A DNA stretch of 64,000 nucleotides from Protoeuglena noctilucae (Eukaryota): the NCBI GenBank assembly GCA_958009085.1, contig OY253677.1:806001-870000 (forward strand), in the 5' to 3' direction. Below are positions 62,769 to 64,000 of this stretch, piece by piece (position 1 is the first letter of the stretch; the number at the start of each line of letters is the position of its first letter). Below the pieces are notes generated by a model. That model ran no database searches. It was given only the letters and a program-made list of their open reading frames with translations, and was not told the origin of the DNA. Made by a program: the position numbers and the translations under genes.

Positions 62769-63219
62769 CTCACGCGTGCACTCGAAGTAGATTCGATGCC
62801 GATTGCGAGAGAAACACGCTCGTGCTGCAAGCTTGGTGGCTGGCGCGGCCCTGACTTGCAGCGGGGGTCGTTTTATGACGCGCCGAGAGTGGCGGAGCGC
62901 AAGACAGCTATCGTATCGTGCATCGGACACCTGTCTCGGTGACTCGGCGTGACTGGGAGCGCGCAATTGGGCCTCGCATCAAAGCATGGGTGTTGACGCC
63001 CGCCGGGTCGACCCGCGCGCCCCGTCCGCGATGCCGTGTCAATGCATGAGGATATGGGCTCGCTGCTCGCGGGAAGCGACGGCCGCGGCACGCGGGACGC
63101 GCACCTGGCACGCTCGCAGCGCGATGGGTGCAGCTGCTCTCTGCGCCCCCTCGGGAGGGCCGTTCTACGCGGTTTCGCGGCTTTCAATTGCGATACAACG
63201 CAGGAACTCGCACGTGTAC
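62769..63219 (+). pseudogene. Diverged inverted copy of the upstream region and exon 1 of the MFS gene (13800-14262)
   Basis: Colinear match including MHEDMGSLLAGSDGRGTRDA vs MHEDMDSLLAGSDGRGSRDA, with indels. Confidence 0.9.
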
Positions 63220-63339
63220 CTCGTCCGGCGTCGAGCGGGCAGTGACGTGCGTCGAGGTTGGCGGAACGAACCTCGAAGAGCCGTCTTGCGCTGGTGAGGA
63301 CGTGCAGCTCCACGGAGGCCCAGTGGCTGCTGCGTTACC

Positions 63340-63455
63340 ACACCAATAGGGTCGTCTGACCTGGCTGACCAGCCTGAGCTGCGGCTTGAGGCGCTCCTCG
63401 ACCTTGCGATCTGCCTCGCCGCAAGTCACGACCTGCTCGTGCGTCCCCTCCCGCA
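63340..63455 (-). pseudogene. Paralogous fragment of the 58001-61303 gene
   Basis: GTHEQVVTCGEADRKVEERLKP vs RTAEQVVTCVEAERNVKERLEP (60277-60342). Confidence 0.7.
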
Positions 63456-64000
63456 GCAGTCGTCGAGGCGCAGGACACGGGTGCGGATGCGACCGCGCCC
63501 AAGTCACCAGGGCCGACCCCTCCCCTGCCGAGCTCGAGGCTCGCACGCGATGATTGCCGTCAGCCGGCGAGCCCAGGTGCAGGCGTGTCCTCCTTTGGGA
63601 GGCATTGGGAGGCCAGGTCTCTTGGTGGGACCCAATTGCGGACCACCGATGAGGCGAAACAGAGATTGACCCTGTACATCAGGCCGACCTTCGTCCCTCT
63701 GCATCGGTGGTCCGCGGCTGGGTTTCACGAATACACCTGCTCTCGCGATGGCTCTTCGTGAAAGTCAAGGCCGTTACTGGCATTGATGGCTATTGGCAGG
63801 CACGCTAAATGAGGTGGGCCCCATCGATGGGGGCAACGACGCCAAGACTCACGTCTTGGCGGCTCGTACAGCGTGGACCCCTTTCGCATTTTGCGGCGGC
63901 ACTGCCAAGGCATGCAGGGCACTGGTCGAGGAGGCTTTGGGGGCCCACGTCTGGTGCTCGTGTGTGGACGCGTACGGCTCGCCCACCATCGACAACCATA

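Overview
GC-rich, intron-dense eukaryotic nuclear DNA, most likely from a flagellate-lineage green alga (inferred from PF16, Dof, fibrillin and plastid-type HMA genes). About 19 spliced protein genes can be reconstructed by hand: ERGIC3-like (partial), RlmI-like methyltransferase, HNH-like ORF, RING-UIM protein, MFS transporter, Dof TF, OPR/RAP-like helical-repeat protein, EamA transporter, PF16/SPAG6, cytosolic-type MDH, Tudor-like protein, long coiled-coil protein, HMA chaperone, ciliary MIP-like protein, GDP-mannose pyrophosphorylase, fibrillin and several unknowns. There are also three tRNA-Cys-derived loci. Main signal: three otherwise phase-consistent genes each carry one in-frame TAA (29059, 36302, 38693). 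The PF16 one lies at a conserved Gln, while TAG ends two genes at their homology-expected C-termini. This suggests UAA may be a sense codon decoupled from UAG, although mutation or assembly error is not excluded. Other signals: about 11 'echo' duplications of exon ends, mostly at splice junctions (one looks like intron birth by tandem duplication), at least 11 GC-AG introns, and a tRNA-Cys-associated accessory island at 55-64 kb with a captured gene fragment. All gene models are manual and some homopolymer frameshifts suggest assembly errors.
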